This document shows positions 1 to 28,750 of a stretch of 64,000 nt of DNA, piece after piece. The translations under genes were made by a program, and so were the position numbers. Origin of the DNA: the human T2T-CHM13v2.0 reference genome, Homo sapiens; assembly GCF_009914755.1 (NCBI RefSeq), contig NC_060943.1; one strand, written 5' to 3'. Every line of letters starts with the position of its first letter. Position 1 is the stretch's first letter. Below the pieces are notes generated by a model. That model saw nothing but the letters and a program-made list of their open reading frames with translations, had not been told where the DNA came from and did not search any database.

Positions 1-94
1 CCCAGGGAATCATGACTTTCTGTGTCTATGAGACTCTGGAAGCCTCAGTATCCAGCTCACTGAGATACTCAGAGGATGTATTGTACTTCCTCAT

Positions 95-423
95 TCTGGG
101 CTTAGCCATGGGCTCACTTTGCCAAAGGGACACTAGCAAATGTGATGCAAACAGAGTCCTAAGAAGTGTTTGTATATGGGGCATGTCCTTCCTTGCCTGG
201 GCTAGCTCACTGGGCAGTGAGAGAACACATGAGGACAAAGCTCCAAGTGCCCCCAGCTGAGGCCCCAGCCATGTGAATGAGGCCATCCAGCCCCAGCCAA
301 ACTGGCCCAGGACAAAGGAATCACCCAGTGAACCTGCAGAATTGAGAGAAAGAATAAATGTCCTTTGTTTTAAACCAGTACCTTTGGGGGCAGTTTGTTA
401 CGCAGCAAGAACTGACTGAAACA
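95..423 (+). mobile_element. MLT1-family LTR fragment
   Basis: Typical 3' end aataaatg...ttttaaacc...tttgttacgcagca...ctgactgaaaca. Confidence 0.7.
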
Positions 424-696
424 ATAACTAAAGCTGTCAATCCAAAAAGCTAAAATGGTTTCCAGATAAAATTAGTATTACCTAACATGGTAAAAACCAG
501 AGGCAATCCAAATCCCCAAAAATAAATGATACCCCAATCATGAGATTAAATTCTATCTAGCAACTACAAATCATAATTCCAAAGGCTATTGTGGACAGAG
601 ACATCAAAAGGCAGAGGAAAGTAACTCATGAATATGGATTAGAGGCATATGCACGTTTCTGCCAATTAAAAACTAGCTGAGCTCTGTATGATAAGG

Positions 697-804
697 AATT
701 TTATTTTAAAAATGAATATTAAAAAAGGCAAATCAAGCCATTCATTTAGCAATTTTATTTTAAAAATGAATGTTAAAAAAGGCAAATCAAGCCATTCATT
801 TAGC
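697..804. repeat. 54-bp tandem duplication
   Basis: 697-750 and 751-804 differ at one base. Confidence 0.95.
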
Positions 805-1387
805 AAACAGGGCCCCAAAATAGGCCCAGAATGACAAGTTCAGTAAGGACACTTTCTATTTTTGAAAGTTTACTTTTTCTGTGAAGCTGTGAAGGGCCAC
901 ATATAGTCTCTGTTGCGTATTCTTTTTTTTTTTTTTTTTTTTTTGAGACAGAGTCTTGTTCTGTCGCCCAGGCTGGAGTGCAGTGGCACGATCTTGGCTC
1001 ACTGCAACCTTTGCCTCCCGGGTTCAAGCAATTCTCCCTGCTTCAGCCTCCCGAGGAGCAGCTGGGATTATAGGCGCCCACCATTACGTCCAGCTAATTT
1101 CTGTATTTTTAGCAGAGACGGAGTTTCGCCATGTTGGCCAGGCTGGTCTTGAACTCCTGACCTCAACCCTGTTGCACATTCTTTACAATGCTCTGCAAGC
1201 CAGATTTGGCCCACAAGCCACAATAATTTAGAATTAGATCTCAATTGTAAATTATTGTCAAAGCCAAAATCTTTGGTTGCCAAGAGTAGATGTGGTCCCA
1301 GGAGGGGTAGAGGGAGGTCCACCTGGTTATAGGAGGACTCCCTCTCAAAGTTCCAGGAAATCAGACATTTTGCTGTAATCTCTGTTA

Positions 1388-1610
1388 GTTGTTGGCAAAC
1401 TCTGGCCCACCAACTAAACCTGGTCCACCACGTGTTTTTGTAAATAAAGTTTTATTGGCACACAACCACATCCATTCATTTACATATCACCCATGGCAGC
1501 TTTCTCAGTAGAATGGTGGAATTGAGTAGTTGTAACAGAAATCATCTGGCCACGGAGTCAAACATGTTTACTATCCAGACCTTTATGGTAAAAAAAATTT
1601 GGCAGTTTCT
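1388..1610. mobile_element. MER58-like DNA transposon
   Basis: gttggcaaact...tttttgtaaataaagttttattggcacacaaccac motif. Confidence 0.72.
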
Positions 1611-2779
1611 GGATTGAAATATCAGTCATGCATTTGGATCATGATTCTATTCTTCCAGGTTTTGTGCAGCAACTTAAACTCTGGAAGCCTCAGTACCCAG
1701 CTCACTGGGATAATGTGAGGACGTATTGTACTTCCTCAGTCCCAAGAGGTATATTATTTTTGCATTTTGGCATTTCTGAAATTGGAATGCATCTTACAAG
1801 CAATGCATTTTACAAACACTTAACAGTACTCAGGATCTATATTCTACGAAAAAAATAAAATTAGAATTAACGGCCCTTTTTTTTTTTTTGCCTAGCTGTC
1901 CATAAAAATAATGGGGCCTCTCAAAATTTCCTAGAGGTAATAAAATGTGATCAATGAGATACTCTGTGTAACGTGCTGAATGTGTTTGGGACATACAGTG
2001 AGCCCTGGGAAGAGCTTAGCAACTGTTTGGGTTCTTTTGGGTTATTTGTCTTGGATTCTATGTCTTGTGCATCTCTGCACTCACCCAGCACCTTGCATGG
2101 TGTCTGGCTCAATGGAAGCATCTAATGAAAGTAACTTATAAGGTTTTTGTTGTTGCTGTTTTTGAGACAGAGTCTCACTCTGTCACCCAGGCTGGAGCGC
2201 AATGGTGCAATCTCTGCTCACTGCAACCTCCACCTCCTGGCTTCAAGTGATTCTCCTGCCTCAGCTTCCCACCTTGGCCTCCTGAGTAGCTGGGATTACA
2301 GGCACCCACCACCACGCCTGGCTAATTTTTGTATTTTTGTAGAGATGGGGTTTCACCATGTTGGCCAGGCTGGTCTCAAACTCCTGGCCTCAAGTGATCT
2401 GCCTGCCTCGGCCTCCCAAAGTGCTTGGATTACAGGTGTGAGCCACTGTACCCAGCAATTTATAAGGTTTTAAGACTCAAATAACTCCTTCTAAAGTGAA
2501 ATGAGTCTCCTGTTGTGGTGGGAGGCAGACATCATTCAACTTAGAGGACACAGCTGGAAAGCAATGTGAGAAACTAAGAAAAGTAACAAGCTGGTAGATT
2601 GGCATTTCTGACCCATCTTCCTGCGAAGTCAGGTATCAAGGCTTTAAGTACTAATAGCACAGTACCTGATGAGAGAAGCACTGGAATCAAAATTTCAGCA
2701 GAGGAAGGAGGTACCAAGTGCAACTCTGAAGGGGCATGCTGAAGTGTGCAGGGGCATGCCCAAGAGTCAAGGGCCTTAC

Positions 2780-2919
2780 CTCATCACCATATCGCCGATA
2801 ACTCACTTCATACAGCACGATCAGACCATTGGGCTCCTTCGGCTCCTGCCACATCAAGTGGACGACGTTGTTCTCAAAGATTTCATGCGTCACAGGGCCA
2901 ACAATGTCATCAGCCTTGG
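2780..2919 (-). CDS. INSR: Insulin receptor exon 13 (FnIII-3)
   Basis: [46 protein letters not shown]; acceptor ttacag, donor GTAAGG; 140 nt. Confidence 0.99.
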
Positions 2920-3180
2920 CTGTAAGGAGAGGAAGTGAGAGGCAGGGATGTAACTCTTGGATGAGATCCCACTTCTGCCACCTGTCCATGGTGCAACCTT
3001 GGGCTGGTGACGTCATTTTCCCACAACCCATTTTCCTCGTCAGAGAACGGACATCTAAAACTCATCCCACAAGATTGTTAGGAAGATTAAATGGGTTACT
3101 TTCTGCGTATAACTTTTTTTTTTTTTTGAGACAGAGTCTTGCTCTGTCACCCAGGCGGGAGTGCAGTGGTGTATTTTCTA

Positions 3181-4275
<1,095 letters not shown>

Positions 4276-5046
4276 TTAAGAAGAAAGATCAGAGCGCAGG
4301 AGGGTGCAGCAATGGGGAACATGGATTACAATACAGACTGCCAGGAATGACCACTCAGAGCAGCTTTCAATATACCCTTGTGAGCATCTGAAGGATTAGA
4401 GCAGGCCCACCTCGTGAGGGATGAGTGCTTCTAAGACCGTCAATGGTAGACACACACCGATATTCCCCTCGACATGCTCGATTTCAGGTTTTTCATTTTG
4501 CAGATAAATAGGCCAGCCAGGGTCAGTGACAAAAATAAGACACCAAAAGCACGTAAGAGTCTAGCTTTTCAGGAAGCCCTGCCAAATGGCATTTGCTCAT
4601 TGGCCCAAGCTACTGATCGACATCATCAGTTTAAATAGGAAAAAATACATCTTTTCCTTCTTATTGCTGCTTAGGGCACCTGTATAATTTGAGTGATTAA
4701 GCTGCAATTCTTAGAAAAGGAATCACATCACTCAGGTCAGGAAGATTAACTCCAAGAAACATCTATGCAATTGGCACACTTCTCCCCATCCCTTAAGAAG
4801 ACATATTAAACAACAAAGGTTGATAGCTAACAAATTTTAAAATACAAAGAAAAAAGGATAAAGAAGAAAATGTAGGCTGGGCGAGGTGGCTCATGCCTAT
4901 AATCCCAGTACTTTGGGAGGCCAAGGCGGGCAGATAACCTGAGGTTAGGAGTTCAAGACCAGTCTGGCCAACATGGGGAAACCCCGTCTCTACTAAAAAT
5001 ACAAAAATTAGCCGAGCCTGATGGTGCACAGCTTTAATCCCAGCTA

Positions 5047-5154
<108 letters not shown>

Positions 5155-6625
5155 TCAAAAAAAAAAAAAAGAAAAGAAAATATAAATCACTCATAAATCC
5201 ACAGCCCACTGCTTCCTTTGGACAATTTTTTCCCTGTAAATATTATGTGTGAACATGATGAGGATCAAGCCTGTTTTATAAGTAAACTTTGTCTACTTAT
5301 TATATTGGAAGCATTTACTAAATATTTTCCTTTCAACATAACATTTTAGGAGAGAATTTTGGGACTTTTCCTTTTTAATATTAGGGTTTTCCTCCATCAT
5401 CTACAAAAGTAGCATGTGTTCCCTGCAGAAAACTTGGAAAACGATGAATGACTGTAAAATATTCCATTTGCTACGTGAGTCGTCACTCACTTAACCATCC
5501 TCCTTATTTATTTATTTATTTTGAGACAGAGTTTCACTCTTGTCGCCCAGGCTGGAGTGCGACGGCGTGATCTTGGCTCACTGCAACCTCCGCCTCCTGA
5601 GTTCATGCGATTCTCCTGCCTCAGCCTCCTGAGTAGCTGGGATTACAGGAGTCCGCCACCATGCCCAGCTAATTTTTGTATTTTTAGTAGAGACGGAGTT
5701 TCGCCATGTTGGCCAGGCTGGTCTCAAACTCCTGACCTCAGGTGATCTGCCCACCTCAGCCTCCCAAAGTGCCAGGATTACAGGCATGAGCCACCGCACA
5801 TGGCTCTTTTTTTTTTTTTTTGCTGTTATAAATATTCCTTTGATCATTGTCTGATTGTCTTATTACTTCCCCAAAGTAGATTCCTAGAGGAAAATATTAC
5901 TAGGTTCAGGGAGATAAGAAACTCTTTAAGCTTCTTAATACCTACAGCTAAATGGTTGTCCAGAAACTCTATATTGACTTGTGGTTGCACCAGCAGGCCA
6001 TGAGACTGCATTCCAGGACAATCTCAGCAACCCCTAAGCCTTAATAGTTTTTTTTTTTCTTTCTATGTTTGTTTGTCTAGATCTTTAACCCAAGAGATTA
6101 AAAATATGCTATCACTCGACTACGTTATTTGCGGATCTTTATATTACTGAGTGTGACTTCATTTTTCCTTTATTGGTTCTCTGTGATTCTCCAAAGAATT
6201 GTCCCCTCCTTGTCTTTTGTCTGTTTTTCCATGAATTTCTTGTGTTTTCCTTACTCCTGTGTTGTTTATTCATTAAGGATATTAACCTTTTATGTATCGT
6301 GCTATACAACTTACTCTTTTCCATTTGCCAGTAAGCTTTCTTTAAATGATTTGAAACAGGCTTTCATGTTTATTTGTACAATTTAATATATCAGTAACAT
6401 TTTAAAACGTGTTCCTTTATAAGTCATTCTAGATGGGGTTATTATGAGTTGTGCTAAGGTTTTACGGCAATTTTGAAAGGGATCTTTTCCCTTATTTTAT
6501 ATTCTAATTATTGCTTGTGTATCTACAGTCTTTTTGCTTATTTCTATGTACCTACTTTCCCAAACTCTAACTCATTTAAAAAGTTTCATAATTGGCTTTC
6601 CTGGGTTTTCAATGACACACTAGAA

Positions 6626-6833
6626 GAGGGGTCAACAAAATTTTCCCGTAAAGGGCTAGATAATAAATATTTTGGGTTTTGCAAGCCAAATGACCTCTGT
6701 CACAACTACTCTGTCATTGTAGCTTAAAGCAGCCCTACATGATGTGTAAACAAGTGGGTGGGGTTGCATTCCAATAAGAGTTCATTTACAAAAACAGGCA
6801 GCTAGCCCATGGGCCATAGTTTGCCTACCCTTG
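6626..6833. mobile_element. MER58-like DNA transposon
   Basis: ggggtcaacaaaattttcccgtaaagggc...cacaactactc...ccaataagagttcatttacaaaaacaggc. Confidence 0.72.
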
Positions 6834-7184
6834 AGCTAGACGCTCTGCAAATAGCAATGACTTTATTTCCCACATTCCATTCTTTACAACTCTGATTTCT
6901 GTTTCTTGTCTTATTACATTGGCTGGATGCCCAGAGAAATGTTAATTAGTAATGATGAGATGGGGCTTCCTTGTTTTGTTCCTAACTCTGCTAAGAATAA
7001 TTTTAAGAATGATGTTAGCTTGGCTGTTGGTTTAACCTAGGTAATATTTATCTTGTAGAAGAAATATTCTATTATGAGTTTTATGAAGCCTCTTTTTTTC
7101 CTCCCCTTTCTCTAAGTTAGGAATTTTAAATTAAGGTTATTGAAACAGATATGATCTTCCTTATTGCACCTCTTGATGAACTAG

Positions 7185-7578
<394 letters not shown>

Positions 7579-8283
7579 TGATCCGCCCCCCACCTCAGCC
7601 TCCCAAAGTACTGGGATTACAGGCATGAGCCACCATGCTCAACCTCTTTGTCAAGTTCTTTAAGGGTGTTATGTTCATTTCATAAAATGAACTGGGATAA
7701 CTTTTATAGATTTCTGTGCCCTAAAATAGTTTTTCTATTATAGGAAATAGTTGCTCTCTCACAATTTGAAAGAACGTGTCTATAAAACTCTCTGGGCCAA
7801 GGGACTTTTTTGAGGAAATTATTTGACACATATCTTTTTCCAAGGTTCATAACCACTTAATTTTTCTGCTTCTTTTTGAATCCATTTAGACAAGTTAAAT
7901 TTTCCCACCTTACTGAAACTTTCAAATTTAGCAAGTGCACCATTGTCCAAAGAACTTAACACATTAAAATTTTCTTCAGACGCTAGTTTTATGTCATCTT
8001 CTTTCCTTCTGGTTTGTGTTTTCCCTTTGATTATGTTTACCATAGGCTTAGCTGTTATTGCTTTTCCCTTCCTAACACATTTATAGTTTTATAGTTTAAA
8101 GTTTATTTCTTAATTTATCAATCCATTTAAGTCTGCTAAGTAACATCAAAGCCAAGCTTTGACAATATTCTACAAGTTAAGGTATGTGATATTCACATTT
8201 TCATTATTTTCCAAAAGGACTTCAATGGAAGTTTCCATTTCTGCTTTGGCCCGATAGATATGTAAGTGTTTAACTTTTTAACT

Positions 8284-8586
<303 letters not shown>

Positions 8587-9022
8587 TAACTTTTAACCAC
8601 CAAGAAGTGAAGTTTTCTGTTTAATCTTTTGAAATTAACTTTTAGTTTCTATTGCAGCGTCATCAGAAAATGTGTGGTCAGAAAACAAATCCTACTTTGG
8701 GGGCATTTCTTAAGATTCTCTTTATGGTCTTTTTGTATTAAAAGACTAACAACATTGTAGAATGGAAAAGAAAACAGCTCCACCACTTATCAAGCCAAAG
8801 ATATGTCCGTATTAGCAAGATTCAGATAATTTCTATACAGGCACAAATGGGTCTCGTGAAAATAACCAAGACGTTGGTGCTTCATGAATAACTACTGAGA
8901 AATTGGTATCTCAACAACCAGAGATGTAAAATGGGCTCATCAAACAGGCCAAATGAGTTTATATACCAAAAAGATTATAACCAAAAAGACCATGAAGTGG
9001 CAAAAGACAAAGCATCAACTGA

Positions 9023-9322
<300 letters not shown>

Positions 9323-9363
9323 TAGGCAGCATTTTATTATCCAGCAATCCCACACTAACCTGG

Positions 9364-10340
<977 letters not shown>

Positions 10341-10617
10341 TTGGACCAAGCCCGTACATTTTTAGACCCTTCTTGGCTACAGTTAGTATTGCAAATGGCC
10401 ACTAGAGGGCAGATCAGGCCACACAGGTGCCTGGGAAAAAATAAATAAATAAACACTCTGCTAAAGGAAGAAAATCTCTCCAAGTGGTCCCAACTTGCCT
10501 CTTTAGTCTCACCTCCTGTTCCTCCCAAAAGCCACGACAGGTAAACATCTCCTTGCCTTTCTCCCAAGTTCTCCAAGCTTTTTCTCTCTCCCAGGACCAT
10601 ACTGCTTCATTCTCTTA

Positions 10618-11271
<654 letters not shown>

Positions 11272-11429
11272 TTAGTGAGCAAACAGTGGCTGCAAACAGA
11301 AGGCAGGGAGGGGGTACCCAGGAAGCACTCCCATGATTCTATGTTTTAGCAAGAGTGTGTTAGTGAAGGTTTCTCCCCACATTCATGCCCAGATTTCATT
11401 TCAGAGTGAAGGCATTGGATTTCTGAATT

Positions 11430-11569
11430 GGTGAAGCATCTGCTCTCCAGCACAGCTGCCCGCCGCATGCAAAAAGCCAGAGAAACCCCTGGGTTCTCCG
11501 AGGCATCTGCCTGGCACGCCGCCGGCCCTGCGCGGAGCAGGCACCAGGGGTCGCACAGGTGAGTCATAC
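11430..11569 (-). promoter_or_regulatory. Proximal intron 11 splicing-regulatory region (YGCY cluster, one TGCATG)
   Basis: Sense strand has several TGCC/TGCT (MBNL-type) motifs and TGCATG at plus 11466-11471 (RBFOX-type). MBNL1/CELF1 control of exon 11 is established. Confidence 0.7.
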
Positions 11570-11605
11570 CTAGGGTCCTCGGCACCAGTGCCTGAAGAGG
11601 TTTTT
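11570..11605 (-). CDS. INSR: Insulin receptor exon 11 (alternative 36-nt exon; included in IR-B, skipped in IR-A)
   Basis: Minus strand AAAAACCTCTTCAGGCACTGGTGCCGAGGACCCTAG encodes KTSSGTGAEDPR; acceptor ccacag, donor GTATGA. Confidence 0.99.
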   Translation of the reverse strand, partial: KNLFRHWCRGP

Positions 11606-11919
11606 CTGTGGAAACAAAACCAACGCCTTTGAGGACAGAGGGAACTTCATTAGACAGACCACTGGGCTCTGACACTTGGAGGCCACATGTGTCCGAGTAA
11701 GGGCACCCTGGCTTTGACCCTGGACCACTCGCTCCCATCACTTGCTAGACGGAGTGAGCTACATCTTCCCCAGCAGGTGCAGGGGTCCAGCAAGGGAAGG
11801 GGAAGAAATCAGAGAAAATTCTCCCCAGAGACGGCCTGCTGAGGTGGCCCTGGGATGTCAAACGTGACTACATGTGGACATCACAACTGACTCAGCCACT
11901 TCTCCAAGTCTGGCAGAAT

Positions 11920-12220
11920 TTTTCTTTTCTTTCCCTTCTTTCTTCTTTCTCTCTCTCTTTCTGGTTTCTTTCCTCTTTCTCCTTTTCTTTTCTCTTTCTT
12001 TTTTCTCTCTCCCTCTCTCTCCTTCCTTCCTTCTTTCCTCTTTTACTTTCTTTCTCTCTTTTTCCCTCTTTCCTTCCTTCATTTGCTTTCTTTCTCTTTC
12101 CTTCCTTCTTCTTTTCATTTTCTTTCTCTTTCTTTTTTCTTTTCCTTTTTTCCTTCCTTCCTTCCCTCCTCTCTCCCTCCCTTGCCCCCTTCCTTTCTCT
12201 GTCCTTTCTTTCTCTCTTTC

Positions 12221-12251
<31 letters not shown>

Positions 12252-12333
12252 TTTCTTTCTCTCTTCCTTCCTTCCTCTTTCCCTCCCTCCCTCCATTCCT
12301 TTCTTTCTTTCTTTTTTTCCCTTCCTTCCTTTT
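11920..12333. repeat. Polypyrimidine (TC-rich) tract, expanded Alu tail
   Basis: About 415 nt of nearly pure C/T on plus, running directly into a minus-strand Alu 3' end. Confidence 0.93.
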
Positions 12334-12624
12334 TGAGACAGGGTCTTGCTCTGTTGCCCAGGCTGGAGTGCAATGGTGCCATCATAGCTCACAGCAGCCT
12401 CCAACTCCTGTGCTCCAGCAATTCTCCCGCCTCAGCCTCCGGAGTAGCTGGGACTACAAGGCATGCACCAACATGTCTGGCTATTTTTTTTTTTTTTCCT
12501 TTTCTAGTAGAGATAGGGTCTCACTCTGTTGCTCAGGCTGGTCTCCACCTTTGGCCTCAACTGATTCTCCCACTTCGGCCTCCCAAAGTGCTGGGATTAC
12601 ACGAGTGAGCCACTGTGCCCAGCC
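12330..12624 (-). mobile_element. Alu (J-like) in intron 10
   Basis: tttgagacagggtcttgctctgttgcccaggctggag ... gagccactgtgcccagcc. Confidence 0.95.
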
Positions 12625-13639
12625 AACATTTTGTTTGTAACAGGTGAAACAGTAACCACTTTGAAGCCTTGGCTGTCCCCCTGAACATTCTTTTGGACTC
12701 AGGGTCATAGGGGAAACATGCAACAAAAAAAGAAAAAGAAAAGAAAAAAAAAAAAGAGGATTCTTACACACTGGTGGTTCTGGGAGAAAAGTCTGCTCGG
12801 ATGAATAGCATTGGTAAACATCTGAACAGATACTTTTAATTTTTTTTTAGAGACAGGGTCTCGCTCTGTCACCCAGGCTGGAGCGCAGTGGCGCCATCAT
12901 CGCTTATCGTAGCCTCCATCTCCTGGCCTCTTGTGATCCTTCTTTCTCAGCCTCCCCATGGGCTAGGAGTTCAGACATGCATTACCATGCCTGACTAATT
13001 TTTAAACTGTTTTTTTTTTTTTTTGGTAGCGATGGGGTCTCATTATGTTGCCCAGGCTGGCCTCAAGCAACCCTACCACCTCGGCTTCCCAAGTAGCTGG
13101 GACCACAGGCTTACACCACTGCGCTCAGCTAAAGCCTCAATAATCACGGCCAGGCACGGTGGCTCACACCTATAATCCCAGCACTCTGGGAGGCCGAGGC
13201 AGGCAGATCACCTGAGGTCAGGGGTTAGAGACCAGCCTGGCCAACATGGCAAAACCCCGTCTCTACTAAAAATATAAAAATTAGCTGGGCGTGGTGCTGC
13301 GCACCTGTAGTCCCAGCTACTTGGGAGGCTGAGGCACAAGAATCACTCGAACCCGGAAAGGGTGAGCTGAAATCGCACCACCGCACTCCAGCCTGGACGA
13401 TAGAGTGAGACTCTGTCAAAAAAAAAAAGAGAGAGAGAGAGAGAAAAAAAAATGTTAATCGTCTAACGGAGTTTGTTTTGGAACTCACGTGGAGACCAGC
13501 TCAGGAGAGGTAAGAAAGGCAAATGCTGAGTTTTGTCCATTTTTCCCCTTTTGTGCGATTATTTGCTCTTCCTGATAAAATTCCCCTCGAAATTTCGAAA
13601 CTGCAAGATCTCTTCCTCCACCCAGGAAAGGGCTCCATT

Positions 13640-15650
<2,011 letters not shown>

Positions 15651-15730
15651 GTGAAGGGGGCCTTCTCAGAGAGGCTGAGCTGAGACAGAGCCTAGATTTG
15701 AGCTCCGCTTTGGAAAAAAGCCAGACACTA

Positions 15731-15826
<96 letters not shown>

Positions 15827-15874
15827 CTACACTTCAGCCTGGGTGACAGAGTAGAACCCTGTCTCAAAAGATTA

Positions 15875-16352
<478 letters not shown>

Positions 16353-16383
16353 TCATCTGAGAAGTGCATGTCAACATGTTTTA

Positions 16384-16774
<391 letters not shown>

Positions 16775-16961
16775 TAGAAACTGCCAGGTGGCTGGGCGCG
16801 GTGGCTCACTCCTGTAATCCCAGCACTTTGGGAGGCCGAGGCGGGCAGATCACCTGAGGTCAGGAGGTCCGGACCATCCTAGCCAACATGGCGAAACCCC
16901 GTCTCTACTCAAAATACAAAAGTTAGCCGGGCGTGGTGGTGGGTGCCTGTAATCCCAGCTA

Positions 16962-17189
<228 letters not shown>

Positions 17190-17390
17190 TCACAGGTCAG
17201 ATGTTGGGGTAAAAGAACAGTGGGTGTCTGCGGGTGCCATTTTCATGAAGGGGTCTCAAAGAAAGTCACCACTGAGACATCCTGAATTCAGCAAAGGAAA
17301 GCACCATCCACATATCGTGGTGTAAAGCAATTCAGACATAGCAGAAACCCAGCAGAAAGGCCCCAGGACAGGAATTTTCTTGGCACATTA

Positions 17391-18052
<662 letters not shown>

Positions 18053-18228
18053 TCATGTTGAAGAAGAAGAAAAAGAAAGAAGAAGGAGAAGAAGGAGGAG
18101 GAGAAGGAGCCAGGTCACAGCTGCATGAAAATATCAATCAATCAATTAATCAACCACACAAATAAGATGGGAGGGCAGAGTAGAATTCCATATGGAATTC
18201 TTTTTTTTTTTTTTTTTTTTTTTTTTGA

Positions 18229-18369
<141 letters not shown>

Positions 18370-18562
18370 TAATGTTTTGTATTTTTAGCAGAGACAGAGT
18401 TTCATCATGTTGGCCAGGCTGGTCTGGAACTCCTGACCTCATGTGATCTGCCCACCTCGGCCTCCCAAAGTGCTGGAATTACAGGCCTGGGTCACCACAC
18501 TGGGCCTCCACATGGAATTCTAAGGGGTCCATTCATGAGTCCAGAAATCAGACTTGATCAGT

Positions 18563-18785
18563 GAATGGTTCTCACCCAGGGGGTGATTTTGTCTCCTACT
18601 AGGAACATTGGGCAACATCTGGAGATATTTTTAGGTGTCAGGACCTGGCTGGGGCGTCCTCCTGGAGCATGGAATGGGTGAAGACCAGAGATGCTGCTGA
18701 GCACCCTGAAGTGCTCGGGACAGTCCCACCCCAGAGAATGATCCAACGCCAGACAGAAAAAACACCAAGACAGAGAAACCCTGAC
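18563..18785 (+). mobile_element. MER20
   Basis: tggttctcacccagggggtgattttgtc...ggcaacatctggagatattttt...gagaaaccctg. Confidence 0.75.
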
Positions 18786-18862
18786 CTAAAGGCATGAGAG
18801 GAGATAGAGGAAGGAACTTTTCAAACATGCATAGAAAAGGGAATTTAAAAATTAATAAATGA

Positions 18863-19351
<489 letters not shown>

Positions 19352-20191
19352 TGACCTCAGGTGGTCCACCCGCCTCAGCCTCCCAAAGTGCTGGGATTAT
19401 AGGCTTGAGCCACTGCGCCTGGCATTTTTTTTGTATTTTTATTAGAGACGGGGTTTTGCCATGTTGGCCAGGCTGGTCTTGATCTCCCGACCTCAGGTGA
19501 TCCACCCGCCTTGGCCTCCCAAAGTGCTGGGATTACAGGCGTGAGCCACTGCGCCCAGCCGATTTTTGTATTTTTTTTTTTTTTTTTTTGGTAGAGACAG
19601 AGTTTTGCTGTGTTGGCCAGGCTGATCTCAAACTCCTGAGCTCGAACGATCTGCCCGCCTTGGCCTCCCAAAGTGCTGGGATTACAGGCATGAGCCATCG
19701 CACCCAGCCTACAATACTTAAGTACCGCAGCTGGTCATGTCTTAAGCCCCGAAGTCAAATCCCAGGGTTCTTGTGACCCACGGTGCAAGCACAGTTATGC
19801 CTCTGGTACAGCCACTGAGATGGACGGACACAGCTCTTTACAAGCAAAATCTGCAACAGTCCCTGGAGAGCCACCTCCCCTGCTGCCACCCTGCTTGGTG
19901 CCTGGTGACTGCTGAGCAAAGGAAATTCCATTTTCTCTCCTCCCCTTAATGCCTCGAGGATAGACAATAAGCTCTAAATCGTGTATCAAGTACCTTCCTG
20001 TGAATGGTGAGTATCCACTCGGAAACCCAAGTATTTACACAGCTTTAAAAGCCTATGAGAGACTGGAAAATACTTCTTAAGTTTATAAATAGACATAGAA
20101 TACCCTGCCTGGGTTAACTCTGATGGGAGCTAGTTACAGCATTACAGATGGAAAAAAAAATGTAGAACTGCCTGAATAAGGGAAGCTCCTG

Positions 20192-20192
<1 letters not shown>

Positions 20193-20238
<46 letters not shown>
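20193..20238. repeat. (TAT)n microsatellite
   Basis: About 15 perfect units. Confidence 0.92.
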
Positions 20239-20428
20239 TGGAGAGGAAGGGATATTTGTTCAGGCACAGGTATCATTCCTGATACCTGCTACCTCTTCCT
20301 AGAATCCACTGCATGAAACATGGTACACTGTGGTTTTCCTGAGATTAGAAAAATGAAGCATAATGGGCCAGGCGCGGTGACTCACGCCTGTAATCCCAGC
20401 ACGTTGGGAGGCCAAGGTGGGCAGATCA

Positions 20429-21585
<1,157 letters not shown>

Positions 21586-22162
21586 TTCCTTTTAATGATA
21601 TTAACTTTGTGACAATTACAAATAAAACCATGTTTAAATGGTCCCTTGGTAATTACAGATTTAGACTTTCGGAATTAAAAAAAAAAAAAAGGAAGCTTCG
21701 AGTGACATTACTGGTGGCAGCTCTCACGGGTGGTTCTGGTTACTTGAATGCAGGGCCAACAGCTTACAGCGGAGCTGATGACTGGACTCGCCCTGGAGTT
21801 ATATAAAGCATCAGAGCAGATAAATCACGTTTGCAACCCTCGGCTCAGGCGGGGATGATGTCACACACATACATATAGCATATGAGCTTAGAGCTGGGAC
21901 AGCTCCCAGAGATCATCTGTCCTCCCGCCCCTTCTCCCAAAAAGGAGGCAGACGGTGACTTGCTTGGGAACTTAGCCAAAGCCCTTCAGCAGGTCAGGGC
22001 CAGAGCCAAGAGCAAATGTTGAGCTCCTGGCCTCAGCCACACCTCGCCAGTGGCCCCCTGGCCTTCTCCTCCAGGGTCATGGACCGAGGATATCACTAAC
22101 AGAAAATATCTCAAGAAAAATACATCAAGATGCACAAGGAAACCAAAACTAAAGAAGGAAAT

Positions 22163-25015
<2,853 letters not shown>

Positions 25016-25158
25016 ACATGTATGTGTGTTTTCATATGAGATAGAATGGAGTGTGTGTGTGTGTGCCTTCCGACACTGAGACACAGGAAGAGATAGCTGC
25101 TTCCCTAGAGGTGAAGCAAAGTGCATCAGACACACGTGTGCAAACCCCACCGATCCTA

Positions 25159-28198
<3,040 letters not shown>

Positions 28199-28284
28199 GC
28201 CAATAACCATATCAAGGAGCATTTTATACAACCTCACTGCATCAGCCTGTTAAAAGCAAGAGGTCTGATTCACATACGAATTCA

Positions 28285-28599
<315 letters not shown>

Positions 28600-28750
28600 T
28601 CACACTGAGTGCCGTGCAGATGAGGCCTGGGAAGTTACATCCCATAGGGTCACATGTTACTCACCCAACAATCTAATGCCACAAGAAAAAATAACTCGGG
28701 AACAGCCAAAGAGAAAGGAACTGTCAACCCTGACATCTCAATGAAAAAAC

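Noticed and set aside
11556-11566. Plus-strand CAGGTGAGT donor consensus and AP-1 TGAGTCA overlapping the exon 11 donor
   Set aside because: Short motifs partly forced by the sense donor sequence; no supporting antisense exon is visible.
11858-12640. Phe/Ser/Leu-rich and Lys/Arg/Glu-rich ORFs (also 53898-54578 and 10615-11238)
   Set aside because: Translations of purine/pyrimidine tracts plus Alu sequence.
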